A stretch of DNA of 64,000 nt from Macrostomum lignano. Taxonomy: Eukaryota. A model generated the notes under the pieces. It saw nothing but the letters and a program-made list of their open reading frames with translations. It was not told where the DNA came from and searched no databases. The position numbers and the translations under genes were made by a program. Positions 49,107 through 60,395 of this stretch are shown here, in pieces. Within the stretch, counting starts at the first letter, position 1, and every line of letters starts with the position of its first letter. The stretch spans positions 1 through 64,000 of the forward strand of contig NIVC01002397.1 of assembly GCA_002269645.1 (NCBI GenBank). Reading direction: 5' to 3'.

Positions 49107-50417
49107 TTAAGCGCATGATTCCTTGTCTATAACTATCGCTGGTATCTGCTCAGGACTACTATTTTGTCCTTCCTCGTCTTCAAACTGCTGCTTTGATGCT
49201 TCTTCAATGGCGCATTTCAAATTCCTGCGTAGGCAGCTCTTCTCTTTGCAATATAAGATCGAATGAATAGATCCCGAGCTGAATGCAAATCTCAGATCGA
49301 ATAGCAGCTTACCTGAGACCAAATAGATTGTGCCACATCTGGCCGCTTTAAGGATTCGCATAAAATCTTTCTTTCGGTGGCACTTAAACCCGGCCAGAAG
49401 TTTGCTTAACCTTTGTTTGCCATCTTCGTCCGGGATAACCGATCGAGCGTCATCATCCGGTATCGGTTTGAGTTTGATCTGAAGTTTCCAAATCGGATGC
49501 TGCTCGCAGAACTCGCGACAGTTGCAGTCGTGCAACAGCACCGTCAACTCATCTTCGCCTGATAGAAACGAGAAAGCGGATTTTTTTCTAGGCCGTCTGT
49601 CGTTGAAGTTGATTGACTTCACTGAGACGTAGCGTATTTTCTTGCCGTTCTGGTTTGTTATGGAGAAATCGTAGGCGACGGTTTCACTTGTCACGGAATG
49701 CTCCGGATGCGTGTACGGCTCGTGAAGGCAAACGTTCACTAGAGCATAAAACTCTTCAATCAGCGAACCGATTTGATTCTGATTGTTTGCACTGCTAATT
49801 TTGAACAGATCGATGAGGCATGGAATTTCCACCGATTTGAATTGGCATTTTAGAAATGACTTGCTTAGCTCTGTCAATAGCAGAGACATAGCTGTCGCTA
49901 AGGTAATTTTTGAGCTGTAGCGGTCAGGCAGCTCAGCGGAAACATCAGAGTATCTCCACATTAAGTTTGGTGAATCATCACCTTTCACAGCTGGCAGTTT
50001 ACGTAGCCTAGGCCTACTGATGCGCCCTCTATTTGGTGGTGAAGACGATCTCCAACAGGAAATTTGTAAGAATGCGCTGCTCAGTAGCTCGCCGAGAATT
50101 CGTATTCGTATTCGGGAAGAGTCCTTTTGGCAGCCATCCAACTGGACAGTCAGAGTGTCAGCTGGACAGAACGTCGCCAGAATCACCAGCGCCGCTGCTT
50201 GAATAAACTTTGGTCGATATTTCAAGTCTTCATTGCTGTGTACTGTCTTCAATTCAACAAGAGCCTCTTGTATAAGAGAAGTAACGAAACGTTTGGCTTC
50301 GCTTATAGTTTCTTCTTTTTTGTCTTTACATTCTTCGCCGAGTCTTAGTGCTTGGACAACTTGATCGAGTTCCTCGAGGGAGCTCTTTATTCGCAGAAAA
50401 TCATTTTCCGTACTCAT
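49107..50417 (-). CDS. Uncharacterised protein X1 (436 aa, single coding exon), putative PD-(D/E)xK-like fold, paralog of 60396-61640
   Basis: Long non-repetitive ATG-to-stop ORF. Shares VEIPC..D.F.ISS.NNQ..(I/L)G.L..E, (Y/F)DF.I, VSVKS.NF, VLLH.C.C and (L/F)(D/E)LR(F/Y)A blocks with the second copy. Function is inference. Confidence 0.8.
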   Translation of the reverse strand: MSTENDFLRIKSSLEELDQVVQALRLGEECKDKKEETISEAKRFVTSLIQEALVELKTVHSNEDLKYRPKFIQAAALVILATFCPADTLTVQLDGCQKDSSRIRIRILGELLSSAFLQISCWRSSSPPNRGRISRPRLRKLPAVKGDDSPNLMWRYSDVSAELPDRYSSKITLATAMSLLLTELSKSFLKCQFKSVEIPCLIDLFKISSANNQNQIGSLIEEFYALVNVCLHEPYTHPEHSVTSETVAYDFSITNQNGKKIRYVSVKSINFNDRRPRKKSAFSFLSGEDELTVLLHDCNCREFCEQHPIWKLQIKLKPIPDDDARSVIPDEDGKQRLSKLLAGFKCHRKKDFMRILKAARCGTIYLVSGKLLFDLRFAFSSGSIHSILYCKEKSCLRRNLKCAIEEASKQQFEDEEGQNSSPEQIPAIVIDKESCA

Positions 50418-51012
50418 AGTTTAGTCTCAGAGGACTACTGGATTAAGGCTCTTGTGTATTACAAATAGCTCGTACTTTGTTCAAGCAACGAGCAAAAATT
50501 TAAATACCTGAGCTCAGTACGGTCGTTAGGCTTTATCTGCCTGTACTGTTAGTGTGCAACTTACATCAGTCTGCTGGAGAAGAGAGTTATGGTGCTAAAT
50601 ACAGCAATTAACATCACTGTTCTTAGCTGAAAGCTTTCAGTAACAGTCTCGACGCTCTGCACAATCTTTACCTCTGCTTGCACAAATTTAGTAAAAAAGG
50701 GGCTAAAAAAGAAATAATTGAGGATAGAAGTATAAGCAATAAAAAATAAAACGCGCCATTCTGTTGCAACTGTACAGCATAACAAATTGAGAAGCAGCAT
50801 CATTGTTATGACTACTTGAACCTGTTACTAAATATAACAACCTAGCAATTTGTGTTTTGGGCATAAATTCTACCGACAAGCGCCTTCTCAGTAGAAATTT
50901 TCGCACAGCTGCCAAGTTAAGTTGTCACCAATGTTTCTCATACATTAGTAAGATCCAAGATACTGCGCGTTCCATAACATTCACAGCGCAAAAGCTGATA
51001 ACCCCATGAAAA

Positions 51013-53544
51013 ATGGGGGTGAGTAATCATTTTTTGAGATCAATTAACAATCGCACTATTTCTTTTTGATTCGACGATTTATTAATGATGAATTAATTTT
51101 AGGAGGTTGCAAGAATACTGAAAAAAATTATCAAATTTGCAATCGACTTCTCGGAGGATATCACCGAACTAGAAGAGTTGCTTCAGAACAAGCCCAACTA
51201 CGAATATTTGAGTTCAGTTGAACTTACGGAGTTTTCCAAATACTATTGGCCGGTATGGAAAGTGGAAAACAGAGAAGTGTGCGGAGTACTCCTAAGGTAA
51301 CTATAGCTCATTTCAGGTATTTTATTTTGACGCTTTTGATATTCCACGCTTATAGCGCAACAGCATTAAAAGCATTTACGGAGATCCATAGGTCTTAAGA
51401 AACATCTCGTGGAGTCAAAGTTTCTTATGGTTCAAGTGTTGACACAAATTTATTAAGTTTTTTCAGCAACTTCTCATTGTTTTTAACAGTATGCGTTGAT
51501 TTAGTTTAAATAAATTTGATAGTCCTACTTGTCTACAGCTTAACTGGTCAAACTTCTTGCACTACTTGACTCACTACTTATTTACGAGCTAGCTATAAGT
51601 ATTTAAAGTTTATCATCCAACCGTCATGTTTATTTTTTTCTTACGTCCAGCAAAATGATTACTTGTCGAGCAAAACAGTCAACATCGAATTCATTCTTTT
51701 TATCTTTCAAATTAGGTACCGGTTCAGTCAGACGAAAGAAGATATTAAGGTAGGTGCACAGCCGTCGCAACTGATGTTCACGCTTGTTATAAGTTGCAGT
51801 CAGTGCTTCATTAAATGATTTTCAATAATGACATTCAATTACCGCAGGTCGCGATTCATTTAGCCGACCTCAGCAGTCGAGGCCACATTGAGGCTCTAAA
51901 AAAAGTCGTAACTAAACAGAGCTGTCTTCTTAGAGACTTGGAGGGACGCACTCCACTGATGTGGGCCGCCATGGGATGCTGGAAGCCTACCGAACGGCAC
52001 CTGGAATGCGCTCAGTTGCTGCTCAATCGCGGCTCGGATCCATTCGCGGCCGATCTTCGAGGCGACACGGCGCTGCACTTTGCAGCTGCGTCTGGCAACC
52101 TGCCTGTCATTGAGCTGCTCATCAGAGCCAAGGCCGATGCTCAAGCAGCAAATCTGCAAGGTTTCACGGCACTGGACACGGCTCAGGCGCACGATAGGGT
52201 TGAAGCAAGCGCGTTGCTTCATTGTCTCACTGCAAGTCAGACGGACAATGTTAGCAGGTGAGTTGATCAAATTATTTTAATCGCAAAGTAAATAATTTTG
52301 ATTCATTTTCTCTTCTGAAAATTTGGTAAATTTTCGTAAAGCAATGCGACATTGATCCAGTTTTTGGTCTAGTTTTGATAATATATTTCGGAAGTTACGA
52401 AAACAAGCTAAGTTAGTCTTTTTGTTCCTACCTACTTGAAGTACTCATTTATTATTTACATCTACGAATGTTTTTACATTTCTTAAGCTAAAATTGTCTA
52501 AGTTAAGTTATTTTTGCAATTCACAGATAAAGAGTGCCTTTTCGAGTTTAATTTTATTACCTTTCCTGACAACTGGAGTTAGGAGGTTAGGTTATTATCC
52601 AATAATTATAGGAGGCTCGAATTTTGTATTTACACACGTGCGATCACATCGTACATTAGTTTCTTTATCAAAGGCTAAAAAATACTTGAACATTAATATT
52701 TTGTTTCATCAAAAACGCCGCCATTTTTTACTCGTACTAAGATTTCACTAGTAGCTAGCAGAAGGAATTTTCGAGCTAAATAAAAAACTGCTTCTCTATC
52801 CAGCAGACACACAGTGGACAAGCGTGGATCTTCACAGCCAAAGCTCGTAAAAACGCCCTCCGCTACGGCAGAGCCTGTTGCTTCTTCAGCCAAGACTTCG
52901 TCCGAAAATCGAAAGGTAAAATTATCGATGAAGATAAGATACAGTATTTGTGTCACTCAGAGCTTAAGCTCTGTTAATTAGAAGTAAAGTGTAAGTTTAC
53001 TCTTCATAATGAAACGAATTCATTATTTTAGATTCTGCACCAACTCGCCTCGGCAGTCATCAATGGACAGCTGGACGAGGTGAAACGCATTGCAAGTCCG
53101 AACTTGATTGAGGAACGCCTTGATGATGACAGCAAGACAGTGCTAATGCTTGTTGCTGACTCTGACCAGTGGCACTCCGCATCCTATAGCAACTGTGTTG
53201 AGCACATTTTGAATCTCGGAGCCAATCCAGAGACAAAAGACGTCAATGGAGACACACCGGTTCATTTAGCCGCTCAACAAAACAATATTAAACTGCTCAC
53301 CCTGTTTCCGTATAGCGTCAAATTTTTGAAGAACAATACAGGACAAACTCCGCTCATGGTAGCTGTCTTAAACTGCAGTTGGAGGTGTTGCAAGCACCTG
53401 CTTCATTTGTTCCGTCAGATAAGATACAGGCAAGACAAGGAAGAACTTCTGCATTTGAAGGACAATGATGCAAGAAGTGCTCTGGATTACGCCAGACTCA
53501 GTGGTCGCGCGGATTTAGCTAAATACATCGAAACGTATGTTTGA
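51013..53544 (+). CDS. Ankyrin-repeat protein with novel N-terminal domain and two ANK blocks, about 422 aa in 6 exons
   Basis: Exons 51013-51018, 51103-51296, 51716-51749, 51848-52257, 52804-52915, 53032-53544 (phases 0,2,0,2,0; 1269 nt). ANK motifs GRTPLMWAA, GDTALHFAAASGN, GDTPVHLAAQQNN, GQTPLMVA, ARSALDYA. The first exon is the least certain. Confidence 0.75.
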
Positions 53545-54392
53545 ATTTATATTATAAAAAGTAATTCCAATTTTTGTACTACTACGAGCGTATATGCAGC
53601 AAACGATTTCTTGTCAATTTTTAGGGAGCTGAATTTAACTGTGTCGGATACATATCCTTGTATCAGCGGTCTCACTGAGGAGGTGAGTTGGTTTTTTTAA
53701 CCTGAACGATGACGAACAATCTCCCCTATTCAGCGTATTGCTTAGTGGTAGCATTGGATATTTAATAGTACTCGTACGCATACAATTAATTAACAGTTGA
53801 TAGCAGTAGATAGCAGCGGAGGGTAATGTTGCTAGAGAAGCCAAAACTCGTAAAGAAAAGTAGCTTAAGGTTTCAAACCAATAGAAGTTATATTCTTAAT
53901 AGAATTTTTATAAGCTAATTTTTAGCCAAGTAGTAGTGTCAAAACGTTTTAACGAGATTATGCGTACATATACTCAGCAAAATTGAAAAGACGCCACCCT
54001 TTGCCCCAGTGAGCAGTGTCTTTCGACCAGCGTTTATCACCTGGCCAACCATTTTGATATTAAATAATGCTTGAAAAAACAATGACAAACGGGCGGAAGC
54101 TTCAATCCATCCCATTCTTCGCCCTCCGCTCTTGCCAATCCCTCCTTACCCAGCCCAACTCTGCGTCGCGTGGCGCAAGTTGCGGCTGTTGCGCCACTCA
54201 AAAGTCAATACTATAAAACTAGACTTTACTGCGCACTCGGTAAGGTGGCGACTTTTTAATGTTGTTGAGCATACATTTAGAAGATAACAGCAAATATGCT
54301 TCTAAATAGAATTTAGTTGTAGATCGTAGATAGATTGTTAAGAAACTTTATGCCGTGAGTGAATTATCCCTAACGAGCTAAATACACACGAA

Positions 54393-54911
54393 ATGCCAAA
54401 ATCCATGGTAAATCCTCTATTGCAGCAAGAGTCTGCTCAAACAAAGCTTTTCAGCCTGGTGCAAAAAGGCGACCCAGACGGTGAATTGAAGCAGTTGGCA
54501 GACCACACCAACTGCGACCTGCCTAACGCTTTGGGTCAAACCGTCTTCATGCGAGCAGTCTGGAGCAGGCGGTGCAGTCAAGAAAATCTAAAATTTCTGG
54601 CCAACTATGCAGATTCAAGCTGCACCGATGTTTTTGGCTCCAGCTGTCTTCACTGGGCGGCTCGCTACGACAGAGAAGCTTCGATCAAGCTGCTAGTGAA
54701 AGCCGGCGCTTCAGTCAACTCGCCCGACCAAGCCGGCAAAACGCCGCTAATGTGCGCCTCAGAAAATGGCAAACGTCGAGCGGTTGAACTGCTTCTCAGT
54801 TTTGGGGCCGATAGGAACTTGACTGACTGCGAAGGTCGCACTGCCGCACGATGGGCCGAGATGAAGAACGATGACGAAATTGCAGCTTTGCTACGGAAGC
54901 TACCAGGGTAA
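54393..54911 (+). CDS. Small ankyrin-repeat protein (172 aa, single exon)
   Basis: GQTVFMRAV, GSSCLHWAARYD, GKTPLMCASENG...LLLSFGAD, GRTAARWA; about 4 ANK repeats. Confidence 0.85.
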   Translation: MPKSMVNPLLQQESAQTKLFSLVQKGDPDGELKQLADHTNCDLPNALGQTVFMRAVWSRRCSQENLKFLANYADSSCTDVFGSSCLHWAARYDREASIKLLVKAGASVNSPDQAGKTPLMCASENGKRRAVELLLSFGADRNLTDCEGRTAARWAEMKNDDEIAALLRKLPG

Positions 54912-55718
54912 AGTTTCAGCCTCAATTTAATCTCTCAAAAATTGAAGTACCGTACAAACTACGAGCGTATGCTTGATAATTTTCCCAAGGGATCAATAAT
55001 TTAGTTTTTGTTTTCATTTCTTCCTGAAACTTCAGTTGTAACTTTTCACTCCTTCATATCTTCCCTGTGACTTTTCAAGATTCAAATTACCAAAATGTCT
55101 CGTAATTTAGAATTTTCAGAGAAATCTGCGAATATAATTTCGACTGTCTTTACCCTGACTGCAAAAATCCTATGGCATTCCTTTTTTTATTATGAGCTAG
55201 CTAGTAATAATGACAATAATGTATCTACAGAGGGGTTCTGGGCCCCCTTCGCAAAGCCCTCATCGACATCGCCTCAAAACCAACGTTGAGATAATTCTGC
55301 CCATTCCGCTGATTCGTGAGCACAGATAAACGCGCCAATACTGTACATGTACACAGGCACTTATTTTTACACGTAGCTTTCTAATCGTCACGCATCCTGT
55401 ACACTCAGTAGTTGTACACTCTGTGCCTTGGGATCAGTCCTCATGTTTGTAAATTGCACGACAAACTTTGAATCACTCTTCAGAGACACGGTCGAGAAGC
55501 CAGAGCAAACCGTAGCGAGTTCAGCGCAGCCGACTGGTTCACAGCTGGTGCAAGTAGTACCGTCAGTGACTGCCGACATATCTCAGACGGACGACGCTGG
55601 ATCAAAAAACCTCCTGTGGTTGATAGCTTTTTCAGAGGGTAGGACTAAATAACACAATTTTTATTTAATAACTGAACTTATTCTTATCAACGAAATACTT
55701 TGTGCATTTTTTATCCAG

Positions 55719-57168
55719 ATCCAACTTTGTTCGTCACCGCAAAATCAAATTAGTCGTCTCATCCGGCATACAAAATACGACCGTAGTAACCGTAGTAGCA
55801 CCAAAACTGAAAGGTACAATACGGAACTTTTTTCTCAGATAGCTAGCTACCGTATTTATTGACTGTCAATATAGGTCCTGAATTCTAATCATTTTACTCG
55901 GTTTACAAACAAACTTCCTGTGTCAGATTTCAATGAAACATTTCAGTGGAATCGATTCGGAATATATGATTGCTGAAGAAGAGTAAGTGAAACCGAGTTT
56001 TCGCTGTAAAAATTATTTTCGCTTGTGCTTTCTTAAATTATAAATCTTTTATTCCGACATGAAATTTTTCTAGAGACGAACAACCATCAGCTCAGAGCTC
56101 AGATATTTCTCCTGAAATTGGTATTTGCCATTGAGAAATTTTTAATGTAATTTTTACTGCCAACCCATGTGATGAAATACGAGAACAATACAATTTACAG
56201 ATGCTGAGAGCTACGTTTCTGACATTTTTAATGACGTTCCCGAGAATTGGCGGGATTCACTTCGAAATGTCATCAGCAAAGACTTCGAAGACGTTGAGAA
56301 CTTTTTAGAGCAAGTTACTGATTCAAAAGAAAGAGAAAATTGCATTTTGGTACTCGCTGAGAAGGCCTCGGAACTGAACATGTGGAACATGACAGCACGT
56401 CTCGTGAAAATGATTGACGATGCCAAATTAAGAGACAAATTTTTCACTAAATTCGCAGAATTGGCGGCTAGCCAAGACTATTCAGATGAAGCTCTGCTTC
56501 TTGCCAATTGCACGAGGAATAGCCATATTCCGTGACAAATGCCTGGTCACTTCAGCAAAAAGCCGCAGCCAAGCAGAATTACTGCGACACAGCGCGTTCG
56601 TTGATCAGCAAAATCAAGGACCACGAGAGTAGGGACTCCTGCTCAGCAAAACAGTAAACTTGGCCTTAGCTGAACGCTCCATTAGCTTACAACAATGGAG
56701 CGTTGCCATCTCACTTGTCGGTAAGATTGAAGACTCGAGTACTAAAAGTCAGACTGCAGCTAAAGCATTCGAACTGGCTGTGGTTCAAAATCGACAGAGT
56801 CTTTTCAACTTCTTATTAGAATGCGTGAGCCAGCAACCGCTAAAGGACCAGTGCCGATTAAACGCCTCTATTGCATTGATCGGTCGTGGAGATTGGAAAT
56901 TAGGGAGAAGTTATTGGAACCAATTCGAGACAGGAATTCACTTGATCAGCGGTTGTTAGAAGCCATGGAGTCTATCTTGAGGCTCAACCGTTTGGACCGA
57001 GTTGAGTATTTCTTCGAAAAAATTACTGATCCTAAAATTGAACTCAAATTCTGCGAGGCAGCCCTTCATTTCTCAAATCGACTGTCGACAGAAATTTGTG
57101 CGGATGTAGTGGCCTTCTTTGGGAAAGTTTTGGAAGACAGTTTTAAAATTTATAAGACACGATTGTAA
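55719..57168 (+). pseudogene. Alpha-helical (TPR/HEAT-like) repeat gene broken by four single-base frameshifts (pseudogene or assembly errors)
   Basis: Phase-compatible exons 55719-55813 and 56074-56120, then a terminal exon from 56201. Restored reading gives about 37-aa repeats with (I/V).D...RD motifs (VTDSKEREN, IDDAKLRDK, IKDHESRDS, IEDSSTKSQ, IRDRNSLDQ, ITDPKIEL). 5' end unresolved. Confidence 0.55.
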
Positions 57169-58199
57169 CTGCGTGAAATTGATTTTTTGGTTTGCAAATC
57201 ATGCAAGGACTTGCCTTCATACCAGATGGGACATAAACATTCTTGAGTATTTACGTAATCTCCATTCAATAATTTTTTTTCACTAACACTTTTCGAATGA
57301 ACGTATACAGTTGCATATACCAAAGATTATATAGGATCTATGGTATATACTAAACATTAGCATTAATAACAGTAGTTGTGACAAAGAATGTCAAAACTTG
57401 CTGCGTCTTCTGTGAATATTGTCGGTAGTATGTCTCCATTTCTCTTAGGGCTCATTTTGTGAGCCTGGAGTAAAATAGGTGTTAGCCATCCCCACCCTTC
57501 CACCCCTCCTTGCGCTGTACTTTGTGCCGTCTTTGTGCGTCGTCCACTCTACCCTCCCCGTGGGGTGCGGGGGTTTGCTCACTCGCTTAAATAGCTGCGC
57601 GCCGCCCTCTGTGCCACGTCGCTCGCCCTGGCTTTTGCAGCTCAAAGTTTTTTTTAACTCTGCTTTTTCTTCTTTTATTATCGTTTGCTCGCCTGTTTAT
57701 TTCCTACGTTCCTTGCCAATTACCTTGCGTGAAAATAGCCAAATAAACTTATTTTGTTTCCTAGGGTCGCTTTCCAGAGCCCTCGCGCTGCTTCGTCCCA
57801 TAGACTTACTTGCCTGCTGTTCGTATTACCGGGGTATCTAAGAGTGTGAAACCAATGTGCCATAAGCCAAAGCTATTCTTCTTTGCTATCTGGTTTGTAC
57901 AATCCACAATTCCATGGATCCCGTTACAAATATAAACTAGTGGCTCGTTTATTTTCATGTATAAACCAAATGACTTAGAGCTGAGATCCTTTTAACCATT
58001 AGCTATTTCTGGTCTGGAGAGATGCAGCAAATCAAAGCTACAGTCGACCCGCGGGCAGCGAAAACGCAAGCAGTTAACATGTAACGTAAATTACGCTGAC
58101 CACTGAGCGTACAACCGCAAGTGACGTAGATAAGAGTTTAATTGGAGGGGCGCCAATATTTGATGTCTTGGTGGGTACCCCTGTCGCTGTCACTAATTG

Positions 58200-59590
58200 T
58201 CTGCACACCTGTCTGTCTCTAATTATCGGCACCCCTGTCTCTAATTATCGGCACCCCTGTCTCTAATTGTCGGCACCCCGATCTCTTATTGTCGGCACCC
58301 CTGTCTCTTATTGTCGGCACCCCTGTTTCTAATTGTAGGCACCCCTGTCACTAATTGTCGGCACCCCTGTCTCTAATTGTCGGCACCCCTGTCTCTAATT
58401 GTCGGCACCCCTGTCTCTAATTGTCGGCACCCTGTCTCTAATTGTCGGCACCCTGTCTCTTATTGTCGGCACCCCTGTCTCTAATTGTCGGCACCCCTGT
58501 CTCTTATTGTCGGCACCCCTGTCTCTTATTGTCGGCACCCGGTCTCTAATTGTCGGCACCCCTGTCTCTTATTGTCGGCACCCGGTCTCTAATTGTCGTC
58601 ACCCCTGTCTCTAATTGTCGGCCCCCCTGTCTCTTATTGTCGGCACCCGGTCTCTAATTGTCGGCACCCCTGTCTCTAATTATCGGCACCCCTGTCTCTA
58701 ATTGTCGGCACCCCTGTCTCTAATTGTCGGCACCCCTGTCTCTAATTGTCGGCACCCCTGTCTCTAATTGTCGGCCCCCTGTCTCTTATTGTCGGCACCC
58801 GGTCTCTAATTGTCGGCACCCCTGTCTCTAATTGTCGGCACCCCTGTCTCTAATTGTCGGCACCCCTGTCTCTTATTGTCGGCACCCCTGTCTCTTATTG
58901 TCGGCACCCCTGTCTCTAATTGTCGGCACCCCTGTCTCTTATTGTCGGCACCCCTGTCTCTTATTGTCGGCACCCCTGTCTCTTATTGTCGGCACCCGGT
59001 CTCTAATTGTCGTCACCCCTGTCTCTAATTGTCGGCCCCCTGTCTCTTATTGTCGGCACCCCGGTCTCTAATTGTCGGCACCCCTGTCTCTTATTGTCGG
59101 CCCCCCTGTCTCTTATTGTCGGCACCCCGGTCTCTAATTGTCGGCACCCCTGTCTCTAATTGTCGGCACCCCTGTCTCTAATTGTCGGCACCCCTGTCTC
59201 TTATTGTCGGCACCCCTGTCTCTTATTGTCGGCACCCCTGTCTCTAATTGTCGGCACCCCTGTCTCTTATTGTCGGCACCCCTGTCTCTTATTGTCGGCA
59301 CCCCTGTCTCTTATTGTCGGCACCCGGTCTCTAATTGTCGGCACCCCTGTCTCTTATTGTCGGCACCCCTGTCTCTTATTGTCGGCACCCCTGTCTCTTA
59401 TTGTCGGCACCCCTGTCTCTTATTGTCGGCACCCCTGTCTCTTATTGTCGGCACCCCTGTTTCTAATTGTCGGCACCCCTGTCTCTAATTGTCGGCACCC
59501 CTGTCTCTAATTGTCGGCACCCCTGTCTCTAATTGTCGGCACCCCTGCATGTCTCTTATTGTCGGCACCCCTGTCTCTTATTATCGGCAT
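58200..59590. repeat. 22-bp minisatellite (ttgtcggcacccctgtctctaa / ...ctctta)
   Basis: About 62 copies with two alternating variants. Confidence 0.95.
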
Positions 59591-60395
59591 TGTGGGACGA
59601 TTATGGGGGAAGCGACACTCCTGGCTCCCCGCTGGGTACGTCACTGCTATGCAGTTCACTGCCCGACACAAACACGGCTAATGAACGCGGTCCTGATTTT
59701 GCATTTCCGATTAACATAAAACTGACACAGCGCACTTTTTTAGCTAGGGTTGACCCTCCCGAGCGTGGATCGCACGACCATCCAGCGGCCGATTTCCTAG
59801 CAAGAAGAATCGCCAAATTAATATGTGATCAGCTCAAACGCAGAATTGAAGTCATGAACCTTAACACTGGAGCTGCTTAGCCAGGATGATCGTGGGTCAC
59901 GAGTTTCACTGCCTGACTCAACAAAGGAAAATTTCAACAAACCTCGAAATCAAATTTGGTGCTTATCATAAATTTATTAAAATGTTTCGGAGCAGTTTCC
60001 TAGAATTCGGTAGCACAGCATCAGTTGCGACAGCACGTAGCTTCGATTTGCTAATCACTAGATCTGTTCTTGTAGTTGCTAACTTGCTATAGTATACAGA
60101 AAATTACACTGACAGCGCAGATAAAGCTGCCGTCAAATGGCTAAAAAAGTGTGTTACGAGCGTAGCAGTATACGATTAAACATCTTAGAAAACAGTGTTT
60201 AAATTTACATAAAAATATGTTCATCTGTTGTTTGGCGCTTACGTTCGATGGAATCTTAACATGTGAAATATCACTATTAAAAATATTAAGATAGTTAGGT
60301 AGGATGTTACATGAATAAATATAGATGCAGTAAAACATTCATGAATGATTTTGTTGTAGTTCTTGCTTCTGAGCAAATCATAAAGTGTCTATTAA

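Noticed and set aside
59590-59880. Short coding-looking ORF tail (…DFLARRIAKLICDQLKRRIEV…)
   Set aside because: No start codon or acceptor AG outside the repeat, and no recognisable homology.
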